NCBI GenBank assembly: GCA_032718475.1
Contig: JAUCBJ010006887.1
Span: forward strand, 1-64,000
DNA from: Nemertoderma westbladi
Lineage: Eukaryota > Animalia > Xenacoelomorpha
Length of the DNA: 64,000 bases
Reading direction: 5' to 3'
Shown here: in pieces, positions 10,701 through 25,700 of the stretch
Position numbering within the stretch: the stretch's first letter is position 1
How the letters are laid out: each line of letters opens with the position of its first letter
The notes under the pieces: model-generated
Databases searched by the model: none
What the model saw: the letters and a program-made list of their open reading frames with translations, nothing else
What the model was told of the DNA's origin: nothing
Made by a program: the position numbers and the translations under genes

Positions 10701-13700
10701 GTCGAGCGGGCTCCTAAAGTATCCTGCAGATTTTTACAGTAAGTATCCTGCAGATTTTTACAGTAAGTATCCTGCAGATTTTTACAGTAAGTATCCTGCA
10801 GATTTTTACAGTAAGTATCCTGCAGATTTTTACAGTAAGTATCCGCTGTCGAGCGGGCTCCTAAAGTATCCTGCAGATTTTTACAGTAAGTATCCTGCAG
10901 ATTTTTACAGTAAGTATCCTGCAGATTTTTACAGTAAGTATCCTGCAGATTTTTACAGTAAGTATCCCGCTGTCGAGCGGGCTCCTAAAGTATCCTGCAG
11001 ATTTTTACAGTAAGTATCCCGCTGTCGAGCGGGCTCCTAAAGTATCCTGCAGATTTTTACAGTAAGTATCCTGCAGATTTTTACAGTAAGTATCCTGCAG
11101 ATTTTTACAGTAAGTATCCTGCAGATTTTTACAGTAAGTATCCTGCAGATTTTTACAGTAAGTATCCCGCTGTCGAGCGGGGTCCTAAAGTATCCTGCGG
11201 ATTTTTACAGTAAGTATCCCGCTGTCGAGCGGGCTCCTAAAGTATCCTGCAGATTTTTACAGTAAGTATCCGCTGTCGAGCGGGCTCCTAAAGTATCCTG
11301 CAGATTTTTACAGTAAGTATCCTGCAGATTTTTACAGTAAGTATCCTGCAGATTTTTACAGTAAGTATCCTGCAGATTTTTACAGTAAGTATCCTGCAGA
11401 TTTTTACAGTAAGTATCCTGCAGATTTTTACAGTAAGTATCCCGCTGTCGAGCGGGGTCCTAAAGTATCCTGCGGATTTTTACAGTAAGTATCCCGCTGT
11501 CGAGCGGGCTCCTAAAGTATCCTGCAGATTTTTACAGTAAGTATCCCGCTGTCGAGCGGGCTCCTAAAGTATCCTGCAGATTTTTACAGTAAGTATCCTG
11601 CAGATTTTTACAGTAAGTATCCGCTGTCGAGCGGGCTCCTAAAGTATCCTGCAGATTTTTACAGTAAGTATCCTGCAGATTTTTACAGTAAGTATCCTGC
11701 AGATTTTTACAGTAAGTATCCTGCAGATTTTTACAGTAAGTATCCGCTGTCGAGCGGGCTCCTAAAGTATCCTGCAGATTTTTACAGTAAGTATCCTGCA
11801 GATTTTTACAGTAAGTATCCTGCAGATTTTTACAGTAAGTATCCTGCAGATTTTTACAGTAAGTATCCCGCTGTCGAGCGGGCTCCTAAAGTATCCTGCA
11901 GATTTTTACAGTAAGTATCCCGCTGTCGAGCGGGCTCCTAAAGTATCCTGCAGATTTTTACAGTAAGTATCCTGCAGATTTTTACAGTAAGTATCCTGCA
12001 GATTTTTACAGTAAGTATCCTGCAGATTTTTACAGTAAGTATCCCGCTGTCGAGCGGGGTCCTAAAGTATCCTGCGGATTTTTACAGTAAGTATCCCGCT
12101 GTCGAGCGGGCTCCTAAAGTATCCTGCAGATTTTTACAGTAAGTATCCGCTGTCGAGCGGGCTCCTAAAGTATCCTGCAGATTTTTACAGTAAGTATCCT
12201 GCAGATTTTTACAGTAAGTATCCTGCAGATTTTTACAGTAAGTATCCTGCAGATTTTTACAGTAAGTATCCTGCAGATTTTTACAGTAAGTATCCTGCAG
12301 ATTTTTACAGTAAGTATCCTGCAGATTTTTACAGTAAGTATCCCGCTGTCGAGCGGGGTCCTAAAGTATCCTGCAGATTTTTACAGTAAGTATCCTGCAG
12401 ATTTTTACAGTAAGTATCCTGCAGATTTTTACAGTAAGTATCCTGCAGATTTTTACAGTAAGTATCCCGCTGTCGAGCGGGGTCCTAAAGTATCCTGCAG
12501 ATTTTTACAGTAAGTATCCCGCTGTCGAGCGGGCTCCTAAAGTATCCTGCAGATTTTTACAGTAAGTATCCTGCAGATTTTTACAGTAAGTATCCCGCTG
12601 TCGAGCGGGCTCCTAAAGTAACCTGCAGATTTTTACAGTAAGTATCCTGCAGATTTTTACAGTAAGTATCCCGCTGTCGAGCGGGCTCCTAAAGTATCCT
12701 GCAGATTTTTACAGTAAGTATCCCGCTGTCGAGCGGGCTCCTAAAGTATCCTGCAGATTTTTACAGTAAGTATCCTGCAGATTTTTACAGTAAGTATCCC
12801 GCTGTCGAGCGGGCTCCTAAAGTATCCTGCAGATTTTTACAGTAAGTATCCCGCTGTCGAGCGGGCTCCTAAAGTATCCTGCAGATTTTTACAGTAAGTA
12901 TCCTGCAGATTTTTACAGTAAGTATCCGCTGTCGAGCGGGCTCCTAAAGTATCCTGCAGATTTTTACAGTAAGTATCCGCTGTCGAGCGGGCTCCTAAAG
13001 TATCCTGCAGATTTTTACAGTAAGTATCCTGCAGATTTTTACAGTAAGTATCCTGCAGATTTTTACAGTAAGTATCCCGCTGTCGAGCGGGCTCCTAAAG
13101 TATCCTGCAGATTTTTACAGTAAGTATCCCGCTGTCGAGCGGGCTCCTAAAGTATCCTGCAGATTTTTACAGTAAGTATCCCGCTGTCGAGCGGGCTCCT
13201 AAAGTATCCTGCAGATTTTTACAGTAAGTATCCCGCTGTCGAGCGGGCTCCTAAAGTATCCTGCAGATTTTTACAGTAAGTATCCGCTGTCGAGCGGGCT
13301 CCTAAAGTATCCTGCAGATTTTTACAGTAAGTATCCTGCAGATTTTTACAGTAAGTATCCCGCTGTCGAGCGGGCTCCTAAAGTATCCTGCAGATTTTTA
13401 CAGTAAGTATCCGCTGTCGAGCGGGCTCCTAAAGTATCCTGCAGATTTTTACAGTAAGTATCCTGCAGATTTTTACAGTAAGTATCCCGCTGTCGAGCGG
13501 GCTCCTAAAGTATCCTGCAGATTTTTACAGTAAGTATCCCGCTGTCGAGCGGGCTCCTAAAGTATCCTGCAGATTTTTACAGTAAGTATCCCGCTGTCGA
13601 GCGGGCTCCTAAAGTATCCTGCAGATTTTTACAGTAAGTATCCCGCTGTCGAGCGGGCTCCTAAAGTATCCTGCAGATTTTTACAGTAAGTATCCGCTGT

Positions 13701-16700
13701 CGAGCGGGCTCCTAAAGTATCCTGCAGATTTTTACAGTAAGTATCCGCTGTCGAGCGGGCTCCTAAAGTATCCTGCAGATTTTTACAGTAAGTATCCCGC
13801 TGTCGAGCGGGCTCCTAAAGTATCCTGCAGATTTTTACAGTAAGTATCCGCTGTCGAGCGGGCTCCTAAAGTATCCTGCAGATTTTTACAGTAAGTATCC
13901 CGCTGTCGAGCGGGCTCCTAAAGTATCCTGCAGATTTTTACAGTAAGTATCCCGCTGTCGAGCGGGCTCCTAAAGTATCCTGCAGATTTTTACAGTAAGT
14001 ATCCCGCTGTCGAGCGGGCTCCTAAAGTATCCTGCAGATTTTTACAGTAAGTATCCCGCTGTCGAGCGGGCTCCTAAAGTATCCTGCAGATTTTTACAGT
14101 AAGTATCCCGCTGTCGAGCGGGCTCCTAAAGTATCCTGCAGATTTTTACAGTAAGTATCCTGCAGATTTTTACAGTAAGTATCCCGCTGTCGAGCGGGCT
14201 CCTAAAGTATCCTGCAGATTTTTACAGTAAGTATCCCGCTGTCGAGCGGGCTTCTAAAGTATCCTGCAGATTTTTACAGTAAGTATCCCGCTGTCGAGCG
14301 GGCTTCTAAAGTATCCTGCAGATTTTTACAGTAAGTATCCGCTGTCGAGCGGGCTTCTAAAGTATCCTGCAGATTTTTACAGTAAGTATCCCGCTGTCGA
14401 GCGGGCTCCTAAAGTATCCTGCAGATTTTTACAGTAAGTATCCTGCAGATTTTTACAGTAAGTAACCTGCAGATTTTTACAGTAAGTATCCCGCAGATTT
14501 TTACAGTAAGTATCCCGCTGTCGAGCGGGGTCCTAAAGTATCCTGCAGATTTTTACAGTAAGTATCCTGCAGATTTTTACAGTAAGTATCCTGCAGATTT
14601 TTACAGTAAGTATCCCGCTGTCGAGCGGGGTCCTAAAGTATCCTGCAGATTTTTACAGTAAGTATCCTGCAGATTTTTACAGTAAGTATCCTGCAGATTT
14701 TTACAGTAAGTATCCTGCAGATTTTTACAGTAAGTATCCCGCTGTCGAGCGGGGTCCTAAAGTATCCTGCAGATTTTTACAGTAAGTATCCTGCAGATTT
14801 TTACAGTAAGTATCCTGCAGATTTTTACAGTAAGTATCCCGCTGTCGAGCGGGGTCCTAAAGTATCCTGCAGATTTTTACAGTAAGTATCCTGCAGATTT
14901 TTACAGTAAGTATCCTGCAGATTTTTACAGTAAGTATCCTGCAGATTTTTACAGTAAGTATCCTGCAGATTTTTACAGTAAGTATCCTGCAGATTTTTAC
15001 AGTAAGTATCCCGCTGTCGAGAGGGCTCCTAAAGTATCCTGCAGATTTTTACAGTAAGTATCCCGCTGTCGAGCGGGCTCCTAAAGTATCCTGCAGATTT
15101 TTACAGTAAGTATCCCGCTGTCGAGCGGGCTCCTAAAGTATCCTGCAGATTTTTACAGTAAGTATCCCGCTGTCGAGCGGGCTCCTAAAGTATCCTGCAG
15201 ATTTTTACAGTAAGTATCCCGCTGTCGAGCGGGCTCCTAAAGTATCCTGCAGATTTTTACAGTAAGTATCCCGCTGTCGAGCGGGCTCCTAAAGTATCCT
15301 GCAGATTTTTACAGTAAGTATCCCGCTGTCGAGCGGGCTCCTAAAGTATCCTGCAGATTTTTACAGTAAGTATCCCGCTGTCGAGCGGGCTCCTAAAGTA
15401 TCCTGCAGATTTTTACAGTAAGTATCCCGCTGTCGAGCGGGCTCCTAAAGTATCCTGCAGATTTTTACAGTAAGTATCCCGCTGTCGAGCGGGCTCCTAA
15501 AGTATCCTGCAGATTTTTACAGTAAGTATCCCGCTGTCGAGCGGGCTCCTAAAGTATCCTGCAGATTTTTACAGTAAGTATCCCGCTGTCGAGCGGGCTC
15601 CTAAAGTATCCTGCAGATTTTTACAGTAAGTATCCCGCTGTCGAGCGGGCTCCTAAAGTATCCTGCAGATTTTTACAGTAAGTATCCCGCTGTCGAGCGG
15701 GCTCCTAAAGTATCCTGCAGATTTTTACAGTAAGTATCCCGCTGTCGAGCGGGCTCCTAAAGTATCCTGCAGATTTTTACAGTAAGTATCCCGCTGTCGA
15801 GCGGGCTCCTAAAGTATCCTGCAGATTTTTACAGTAAGTATCCCGCTGTCGAGCGGGCTCCTAAAGTATCCTGCAGATTTTTACAGTAAGTATCCTGCAG
15901 ATTTTTACAGTAAGTATCCTGCAGATTTTTACAGTAAGTATCCTGCAGATTTTTACAGTAAGTATCCTGCAGATTTTTACAGTAAGTATCCTGCAGATTT
16001 TTACAGTAAGTATCCTGCAGATTTTTACAGTAAGTATCCTGCAGATTTTTACAGTAAGTATCCTGCAGATTTTTACAGTAAGTATCCTGCAGATTTTTAC
16101 AGTAAGTATCCTGCAGATTTTTACAGTAAGTATCCCGCAGATTTTTACAGTAAGTATCCCGCTGTCGAGCGGGCTCCTAAAGTATCCTGCAGATTTTTAC
16201 AGTAAGTATCCCGCTGTCGAGCGGGCTCCTAAAGTATCCTGCAGATTTTTACAGTAAGTATCCGCTGTCGAGCGGGCTCCTAAAGTATCCTGCAGATTTT
16301 TACAGTAAGTATCCGCTGTCGAGCGGGCTCCTAAAGTATCCTGCAGATTTTTACAGTAAGTATCCTGCAGATTTTTACAGTAAGTATCCTGCAGATTTTT
16401 ACAGTAAGTATCCTGCAGATTTTTACAGTAAGTATCCCGCTGTCGAGCGGGCTCCTAAAGTATCCTGCAGATTTTTACAGTAAGTATCCCGCTGTCGAGC
16501 GGGCTCCTAAAGTATCCTGCAGATTTTTACAGTAAGTATCCGCTGTCGAGCGGGCTCCTAAAGTATCCTGCAGATTTTTACAGTAAGTATCCGCTGTCGA
16601 GCGGGCTCCTAAAGTATCCTGCAGATTTTTACAGTAAGTATCCCGCTGTCGAGCGGGCTCCTAAAGTATCCTGCAGATTTTTACAGTAAGTATCCTGCAG

Positions 16701-19700
16701 ATTTTTACAGTAAGTATCCGCTGTCGAGCGGGCTCCTAAAGTATCCTGCAGATTTTTACAGTAAGTATCCCGCTGTCGAGCGGGCTCCTAAAGTATCCTG
16801 CAGATTTTTACAGTAAGTATCCCGCTGTCGAGCGGGCTCCTAAAGTATCCTGCAGATTTTTACAGTAAGTATCCTGCAGATTTTTACAGTAAGTATCCTG
16901 CAGATTTTTACAGTAAGTATCCTGCAGATTTTTACAGTAAGTATCCCGCTGTCGAGCGGGCTCCTAAAGTATCCTGCAGATTTTTACAGTAAGTATCCCG
17001 CTGTCGAGCGGGCTCCTAAAGTATCCTGCAGATTTTTACAGTAAGTATCCTGCAGATTTTTACAGTAAGTATCCTGCAGATTTTTACAGTAAGTATCCTG
17101 CAGATTTTTACAGTAAGTATCCCGCTGTCGAGCGGGCTCCTAAAGTATCCTGCAGATTTTTACAGTAAGTATCCCGCTGTCGAGCGGGCTCCTAAAGTAT
17201 CCTGCAGATTTTTACAGTAAGTATCCGCTGTCGAGCGGGCTCCTAAAGTATCCTGCAGATTTTTACAGTAAGTATCCTGCAGATTTTTACAGTAAGTATC
17301 CTGCAGATTTTTACAGTAAGTATCCTGCAGATTTTTACAGTAAGTATCCTGCAGATTTTTACAGTAAGTATCCTGCAGATTTTTACAGTAAGTATCCCGC
17401 TGTCGAGCGGGCTCCTAAAGTATCCTGCAGATTTTTACAGTAAGTATCCTGCAGATTTTTACAGTAAGTATCCTGCAGATTTTTACAGTAAGTATCCCGC
17501 TGTCGAGCGGGCTCCTAAAGTATCCTGCAGATTTTTACAGTAAGTATCCTGCAGATTTTTACAGTAAGTATCCTGCAGATTTTTACAGTAAGTATCCTGC
17601 AGATTTTTACAGTAAGTATCCCGCTGTCGAGCGGGGTCCTAAAGTATCCTGCAGATTTTTACAGTAAGTATCCCGCTGTCGAGCGGGCTCCTAAAGTATC
17701 CTGCAGATTTTTACAGTAAGTATCCCGCTGTCGAGCGGGCTCCTAAAGTATCCTGCAGATTTTTACAGTAAGTATCCTGCAGATTTTTACAGTAAGTATC
17801 CGCTGTCGAGCGGGCTCCTAAAGTATCCTGCAGATTTTTACAGTAAGTATCCGCTGTCGAGCGGGCTCCTAAAGTATCCTGCAGATTTTTACAGTAAGTA
17901 TCCTGCAGATTTTTACAGTAAGTATCCGCTGTCGAGCGGGCTCCTAAAGTATCCTGCAGATTTTTACAGTAAGTATCCCGCTGTCGAGCGGGCTCCTAAA
18001 GTATCCTGCAGATTTTTACAGTAAGTATCCGCTGTCGAGCGGGCTCCTAAAGTAACCTGCAGATTTTTACAGTAAGTATCCCGCTGTCGAGCGGGCTCCT
18101 AAAGTATCCTGCAGATTTTTACAGTAAGTATCCTGCAGATTTTTACAGTAAGTATCCGCTGTCGAGCGGGCTCCTAAAGTATCCTGCAGATTTTTACAGT
18201 AAGTATCCCGCTGTCGAGCGGGCTCCTAAAGTATCCTGCAGATTTTTACAGTAAGTATCCCGCTGTCGAGCGGGCTCCTAAAGTATCCTGCAGATTTTTA
18301 CAGTAAGTATCCGCTGTCGAGCGGGCTCCTAAAGTATCCTGCAGATTTTTACAGTAAGTATCCCGCTGTCGAGCGGGCTCCTAAAGTATCCTGCAGATTT
18401 TTACAGTAAGTATCCGCTGTCGAGCGGGCTCCTAAAGTATCCTGCAGATTTTTACAGTAAGTATCCCGCTGTCGAGCGGGCTCCTAAAGTATCCTGCAGA
18501 TTTTTACAGTAAGTATCCCGCTGTCGAGCGGGCTCCTAAAGTATCCTGCAGATTTTTACAGTAAGTATCCTGCAGATTTTTACAGTAAGTATCCTGCAGA
18601 TTTTTACAGTAAGTATCCCGCTGTCGAGCGGGCTCCTAAAGTATCCTGCAGATTTTTACAGTAAGTATCCCGCTGTCGAGCGGGCTCCTAAAGTATCCTG
18701 CAGATTTTTACAGTAAGTATCCCGCTGTCGAGCGGGCTCCTAAAGTATCCTGCAGATTTTTACAGTAAGTATCCCGCTGTCGAGCGGGCTCCTAAAGTAT
18801 CCTGCAGATTTTTACAGTAAGTATCCCGCTGTCGAGCGGGCTCCTAAAGTATCCTGCAGATTTTTACAGTAAGTATCCTGCATATTTTTACAGTAAGTAT
18901 CCTGCAGATTTTTACAGTAAGTATCCCGCTGTCGAGCGGGCTCCTAAAGTATCCTGCAGATTTTTACAGTAAGTATCCCGCTGTCGAGCGGGCTCCTAAA
19001 GTATGCTGCAGATTTTTACAGTAAGTATCCTGCAGATTTTTACAGTAAGTATCCCGCTGTCGAGCGGGCTCCTAAAGTATCCTGCAGATTTTTACAGTAA
19101 GTATCCCGCTGTCGAGCGGGCTCCTAAAGTATCCTGCAGATTTTTACAGTAAGTATCCCGCTGTCGAGCGGGCTCCTAAAGTATCCTGCAGATTTTTACA
19201 GTAAGTATCCCGCTGTCGAGCGGGCTCCTAAAGTATCCTGCAGATTTTTACAGTAAGTATCCGCTGTCGAGCGGGCTCCTAAAGTATCCTGCAGATTTTT
19301 ACAGTAAGTATCCTGCATATTTTTACAGTAAGTATCCTGCAGATTTTTACAGTAAGTATCCCGCTGTCGAGCGGGCTCCTAAAGTATCCTGCAGATTTTT
19401 ACAGTAAGTATCCCGCTGTCGAGCGGGCTCCTAAAGTATCCTGCAGATTTTTACAGTAAGTATCCGCTGTCGAGCGGGCTCCTAAAGTATCCTGCAGATT
19501 TTTACAGTAAGTATCCTGCAGATTTTTACAGTAAGTATCCCGCTGTCGAGCGGGCTCCTAAAGTATCCTGCAGATTTTTACAGTAAGTATCCCGCTGTCG
19601 AGCGGGCTCCTAAAGTATCCTGCAGATTTTTACAGTAAGTATCCCGCTGTCGAGCGGGCTCCTAAAGTATCCTGCAGATTTTTACAGTAAGTATCCCGCT

Positions 19701-22700
19701 GTCGAGCGGGCTCCTAAAGTATCCTGCAGATTTTTACAGTAAGTATCCGCTGTCGAGCGGGCTTCTAAAGTATCCTGCAGATTTTTACAGTAAGTATCCG
19801 CTGTCGAGCGGGCTCCTAAAGTATCCTGCAGATTTTTACAGTAAGTATCCCGCAGATTTTTACAGTAAGTATCCCGCTGTCGAGCGGGCTCCTAAAGTAT
19901 CCTGCAGATTTTTACAGTAAGTATCCCGCTGTCGAGCGGGCTCCTAAAGTAACCTGCAGATTTTTACAGTAAGTATCCCGCTGTCGAGCGGGCTCCTAAA
20001 GTATCCTGCAGATTTTTACAGTAAGTATCCCGCAGATTTTTACAGTAAGTATCCCGCTGTCGAGCGGGCTCCTAAAGTATCCTGCAGATTTTTACAGTAA
20101 GTATCCGCTGTCGAGCGGGCTTCTAAAGTATCCTGCAGATTTTTACAGTAAGTATCCCGCTGTCGAGCGGGCTCCTAAAGTATCCTGCAGATTTTTACAG
20201 TAAGTATCCCGCAGATTTTTACAGTAAGTATCCCGCTGTCGAGCGGGCTCCTAAAGTATCCCGCAGATTTTTACAGTAAGTATCCCGCTGTCGAGCGGGC
20301 TCCTAAAGTATCCTGCAGATTTTTACAGTAAGTATCCCGCTGACGAGCGGGCTTCTAAAGTATCCTGCAGATTTTTACAGTAAGTATCCCGCTGTCGAGC
20401 GGGCTCCTAAAGTATCCTGCAGATTTTTACAGTAAGTATCCCGCTGTCGAGCGGGCTCCTAAAGTATCCTGCAGATTTTTACAGTAAGTATCCCGCTGTC
20501 GAGCGGGCTCCTAAAGTATCCTGCAGATTTTTACAGTAAGTATCCGCTGTCGAGCGGGCTTCTAAAGTATCCTGCAGATTTTTACAGTAAGTATCCCGCT
20601 GTCGAGCGGGCTCCTAAAGTATCCTGCAGATTTTTACAGTAAGTATCCCGCTGTCGAGCGGGCTCCTAAAGTATCCTGCAGATTTTTACAGTAAGTATCC
20701 CGCAGATTTTTACAGTAAGTATCCCGCTGTCGAGCGGGCTCCTAAAGTATCCCGCAGATTTTTACAGTAAGTATCCCGCAGATTTTTACAGTAAGTATCC
20801 TGCAGATTTTTACAGTAAGTAACCTGCTGTCGAGCGGGCTCCTAAAGTATCCTGCAGATTTTTACAGTAAGTATCCCGCTGTCGAGCGGGCTCCTAAAGT
20901 ATCCTGCAGATTTTTACAGTAAGTATCCCGCTGTCGAGCGGGCTCCTAAAGTAACCTGCAGATTTTTACAGTAAGTATCCCGCTGTCGAGCGGGCTCCTA
21001 AAGTATCCTGCAGATTTTTACAGTAAGTATCCCGCTGTCGAGCGGGCTCCTAAAGTATCCCGCAGATTTTTACAGTAAGTATCCCGCAGATTTTTACAGT
21101 AAGTATCCCGCTGTCGAGCGGGCTCCTAAAGTAACCTGCAGATTTTTACAGTAAGTATCCCGCTGTCGAGCGGGCTCCTAAAGTATCCTGCAGATTTTTA
21201 CAGTAAGTATCCCGCTGTCGAGCGGGCTCCTAAAGTAACCTGCAGATTTTTACAGTAAGTATCCCGCTGTCGAGCGGGCTCCTAAAGTATCCTGCAGATT
21301 TTTACAGTAAGTATCCCGCTGTCGAGCGGGCTCCTAAAGTAACCTGCAGATTTTTACAGTAAGTATCCCGCTGTCGAGCGGGCTCCTAAAGTATCCTGCA
21401 GATTTTTACAGTAAGTATCCCGCTGTCGAGCGGGCTCCTAAAGTAACCTGCAGATTTTTACAGTAAGTATCCCGCTGTCGAGCGGGCTCCTAAAGTATCC
21501 TGCAGATTTTTACAGTAAGTAACCTGCTGTCGAGCGGGCTCCTAAAGTATCCTGCAGATTTTTACAGTAAGTATCCCGCTGTCGAGCGGGCTCCTAAAGT
21601 ATCCTGCAGATTTTTACAGTAAGTATCCCGCAGATTTTTACAGTAAGTATCCCGCTGTCGAGCGGGCTCCTAAAGTATCCTGCAGATTTTTACAGTAAGT
21701 ATCCTGCAGATTTTTACAGTAAGTATCCCGCTGTCGAGCGGGCTCCTAAAGTATCCTGCAGATTTTTACAGTAAGTATCCCGCAGATTTTTACAGTAAGT
21801 ATCCTGCAGATTTTTACAGTAAGTATCCTGCAGATTTTTACAGTAAGTATCCCGCTGTCGAGCGGGCTCCTAAAGTATCCTGCAGATTTTTACAGTAAGT
21901 ATCCTGCAGATTTTTACAGTAAGTATCCCGCTGTCGAGCGGGCTCCTAAAGTATCCTGCAGATTTTTACAGTAAGTATCCTGCAGATTTTTACAGTAAGT
22001 ATCCCGCTGTCGAGCGGGCTCCTAAAGTATCCCGCAGATTTTTACAGTAAGTATCCTGCAGATTTTTACAATAAGTATCCGCTGTCGAGCGGGCTCCTAA
22101 AGTATCCTGCAGATTTTTACAGTAAGTATCCCGCAGATTTTTACAGTAAGTATCCTGCAGATTTTTACAGTAAGTATCCTGCAGATTTTTACAGTAAGTA
22201 TCCCGCTGTCGAGCGGGCTCCTAAAGTATCCCGCAGATTTTTACAGTAAGTATCCCGCTGTCGAGCGGGCTCCTAAAGTATCCTGCAGATTTTTACAGTA
22301 AGTATCCCGCTGTCGATCGGGCTCCTAAAGTATCCTGCAGATTTTTACAGTAAGTAACCCGCTGTCGAGCGGGCTCCTAAAGTATCCTGCAGATTTTTAC
22401 AGTAAGTATCCCGCTGTCGATCGGGCTCCTAAAGTATCCTGCAGATTTTTACAGTAAGTAACCCGCTGTCGAGCGGGCTCCTAAAGTATCCTGCAGATTT
22501 TTACAGTAAGTATCCCGCAGATTTTTACAGTAAGTATCCTGCAGATTTTTACAGTAAGTATCCCGCTGTCGAGCGGGCTCCTAAAGTAACCTGCAGATTT
22601 TTACAGTAAGTATCCCGCTGTCGAGCGGGCTCCTAAAGTATCCTGCAGATTTTTACAGTAAGTATCCCGCAGATTTTTACAGTAAGTATCCCGCTGTCGA

Positions 22701-25700
22701 GCGGGCTCCTAAAGTATCCTGCAGATTTTTACAGTAAGTATCCCGCAGATTTTTACAGTAAGTATCCCGCTGTCGAGCGGGCTCCTAAAGTATCCTGCAG
22801 ATTTTTACAGTAAGTATCCTGCAGATTTTTACAATAAGTATCCGCTGTCGAGCGGGCTCCTAAAGTATCCTGCAGATTTTTACAGTAAGTATCCCGCAGA
22901 TTTTTACAGTAAGTATCCTGCAGATTTTTACAGTAAGTATCCTGCTGTCGAGCGGGCTCCTAAAGTATCCTGCAGATTTTTACAGTAAGTATAACGCTGT
23001 CGAGCGGGCTCCTAAAGTATCCTGCAGATTTTTACAGTAAGTATCCTGCAGATTTTTACAGTAAGTATCCTGCAGATTTTTACAGTAAGTATCCCGCAGA
23101 TTTTTACAGTAAGTATCCCGCAGATTTTTACAGTAAGTATCCCGCTGTCGAGCGGGCTCCTAAAGTATCCCGCAGATTTTTACAGTAAGTATCCCGCTGT
23201 CGAGCGGGCTCCTAAAGTATCCTGCAGATTTTTACAGTAAGTATCCGCTGTCGAGCGGGCTTCTAAAGTATCCTGCAGATTTTTACAGTAAGTATCCTGC
23301 AGATTTTTACAGTAAGTATCCCGCTGTCGAGCGGGCTCCTAAAGTATCCCGCAGATTTTTACAGTAAGTATCCCGCTGTCGATCGGGCTCCTAAAGTATC
23401 CCGCAGATTTTTACAGTAAGTATCCCGCAGATTTTTACAGTAAGTATCCCGCAGATTTTTACAGTAAGTATCCCGCTGTCGAGCGGGCTCCTAAAGTATC
23501 CTGCAGATTTTTACAGTAAGTATCCTGCAGATTTTTACAATAAGTATCCGCTGTCGAGCGGGCTCCTAAAGTATCCTGCAGATTTTTACAGTAAGTATCC
23601 CGCAGATTTTTACAGTAAGTATCCTGCAGATTTTTACAGTAAGTATCCTGCAGATTTTTACAATAAGTATCCGCTGTCGAGCGGGCTCCTAAAGTATCCT
23701 GCAGATTTTTACAATAAGTAACCCGCTGTCGAGCGGGCTCCTAAAGTATCCCGCAGATTTTTACAGTAAGTATCCCGCTGTCGAGCGGGCTCCTAAAGTA
23801 TCCTGCAGATTTTTACAGTAAGTATCCGCTGTCGAGCGGGCTTCTAAAGTATCCTGCAGATTTTTACAGTAAGTATCCTGCAGATTTTTACAGTAAGTAT
23901 CCCGCAGATTTTTACAGTAAGTATCCCGCAGATTTTTACAGTAAGTATCCCGCTGTCGAGCGGGCTCCTAAAGTAACCTGCAGATTTTTACAGTAAGTAT
24001 CCCGCTGTCGAGCGGGCTCCTAAAGTATCCCGCAGATTTTTACAGTAAGTATCCCGCTGTCGAGCGGGCTCCTAAAGTATCCTGCAGATTTTTACAGTAA
24101 GTATCCCGCAGATTTTTACAGTAAGTATCCCGCTGTCGAGCGGGCTCCTAAAGTATCCCGCAGATTTTTACAGTAAGTATCCCGCTGTCGAGCGGGCTCC
24201 TAAAGTATCCTGCAGATTTTTACAGTAAGTATCCCGCTGTCGAGCGGGCTCCTAAAGTATCCTGAGGATTTTTACAGTAAGTATCCCGCAGATTTTTACA
24301 GTAAGTATCCCGCTGTCGAGCGGGCTCCTAAAGTATCCTGCAGATTTTTACAGTAAGTAACCTGCTGTCGAGCGGGCTCCTAAAGTATCCTGCAGATTTT
24401 TACAGTAAGTATCCCGCAGATTTTTACAGTAAGTATCCCGCTGTCGAGCGGGCTCCTAAAGTATCCTGCAGATTTTTACAGTAAGTATCCCGCAGATTTT
24501 TACAGTAAGTATCCCGCAGATTTTTACAGTAAGTATCCCGCTGTCGAGCGGGCTCCTAAAGTATCCTGCAGATTTTTACAGTAAGTATCCCGCAGATTTT
24601 TACAGTAAGTATCCCGCTGTCGAGCGGGCTCCTAAAGTATCCCGCAGATTTTTACAGTAAGTATCCCGCAGATTTTTACAGTAAGTATCCCGCTGTCGAG
24701 CGGGCTCCTAAAGTATCCCGCAGATTTTTACAGTAAGTATCCCGCAGATTTTTACAGTAAGTATCCCGCAGATTTTTACAGTAAGTATCCTGCAGATTTT
24801 TACAGTAAGTATCCCGCAGATTTTTACAGTAAGTATCCTGCAGATTTTTACAGTAAGTATCCCGCAGATTTTTACAGTAAGTATCCTGCAGATTTTTACA
24901 GTAAGTATCCCGCAGATTTTTACAGTAAGTATCCCGCTGTCGAGCGGGCTCCTAAAGTATCCCGCAGATTTTTACAGTAAGTATCCCGCAGATTTTTACA
25001 GTAAGTATCCCGCTGTCGAGCGGGCTCCTAAAGTATCCCGCAGATTTTTACAGTAAGTATCCCGCTGTCGAGCGGGCTCCTAAAGTATCCCGCAGATTTT
25101 TACAGTAAGTATCCTGCAGATTTTTACAGTAAGTATCCCGCAGATTTTTACAGTAAGTATCCCGCAGATTTTTACAGTAAGTATCCCGCAGATTTTTACA
25201 GTAAGTATCCCGCAGATTTTTACAGTAAGTATCCCGCTGTCGAGCGGGCTCCTAAAGTATCCTGCAGATTTTTACAGTAAGTATCCCGCTGTCGAGCGGG
25301 CTCCTAAAGTATCCCGCAGATTTTTACAGTAAGTATCCCGCTGTCGAGCGGGCTCCTAAAGTATCCCGCAGATTTTTACAGTAAGTATCCCGCAGATTTT
25401 TACAGTAAGTATCCCGCAGATTTTTACAGTAAGTATCCCGCTGTCGAGCGGGCTCCTAAAGTATCCTGCAGATTTTTACAGTAAGTATCCCGCAGATTTT
25501 TACAGTAAGTATCCCGCAGATTTTTACAGTAAGTATCCCGCTGTCGAGCGGGCTCCTAAAGTATCCCGCAGATTTTTACAGTAAGTATCCCGCTGTCGAG
25601 CGGGCTCCTAAAGTATCCCGCAGATTTTTACAGTAAGTATCCCGCTGTCGAGCGGGCTCCTAAAGTATCCTGCAGATTTTTACAGTAAGTATCCTGCAGA

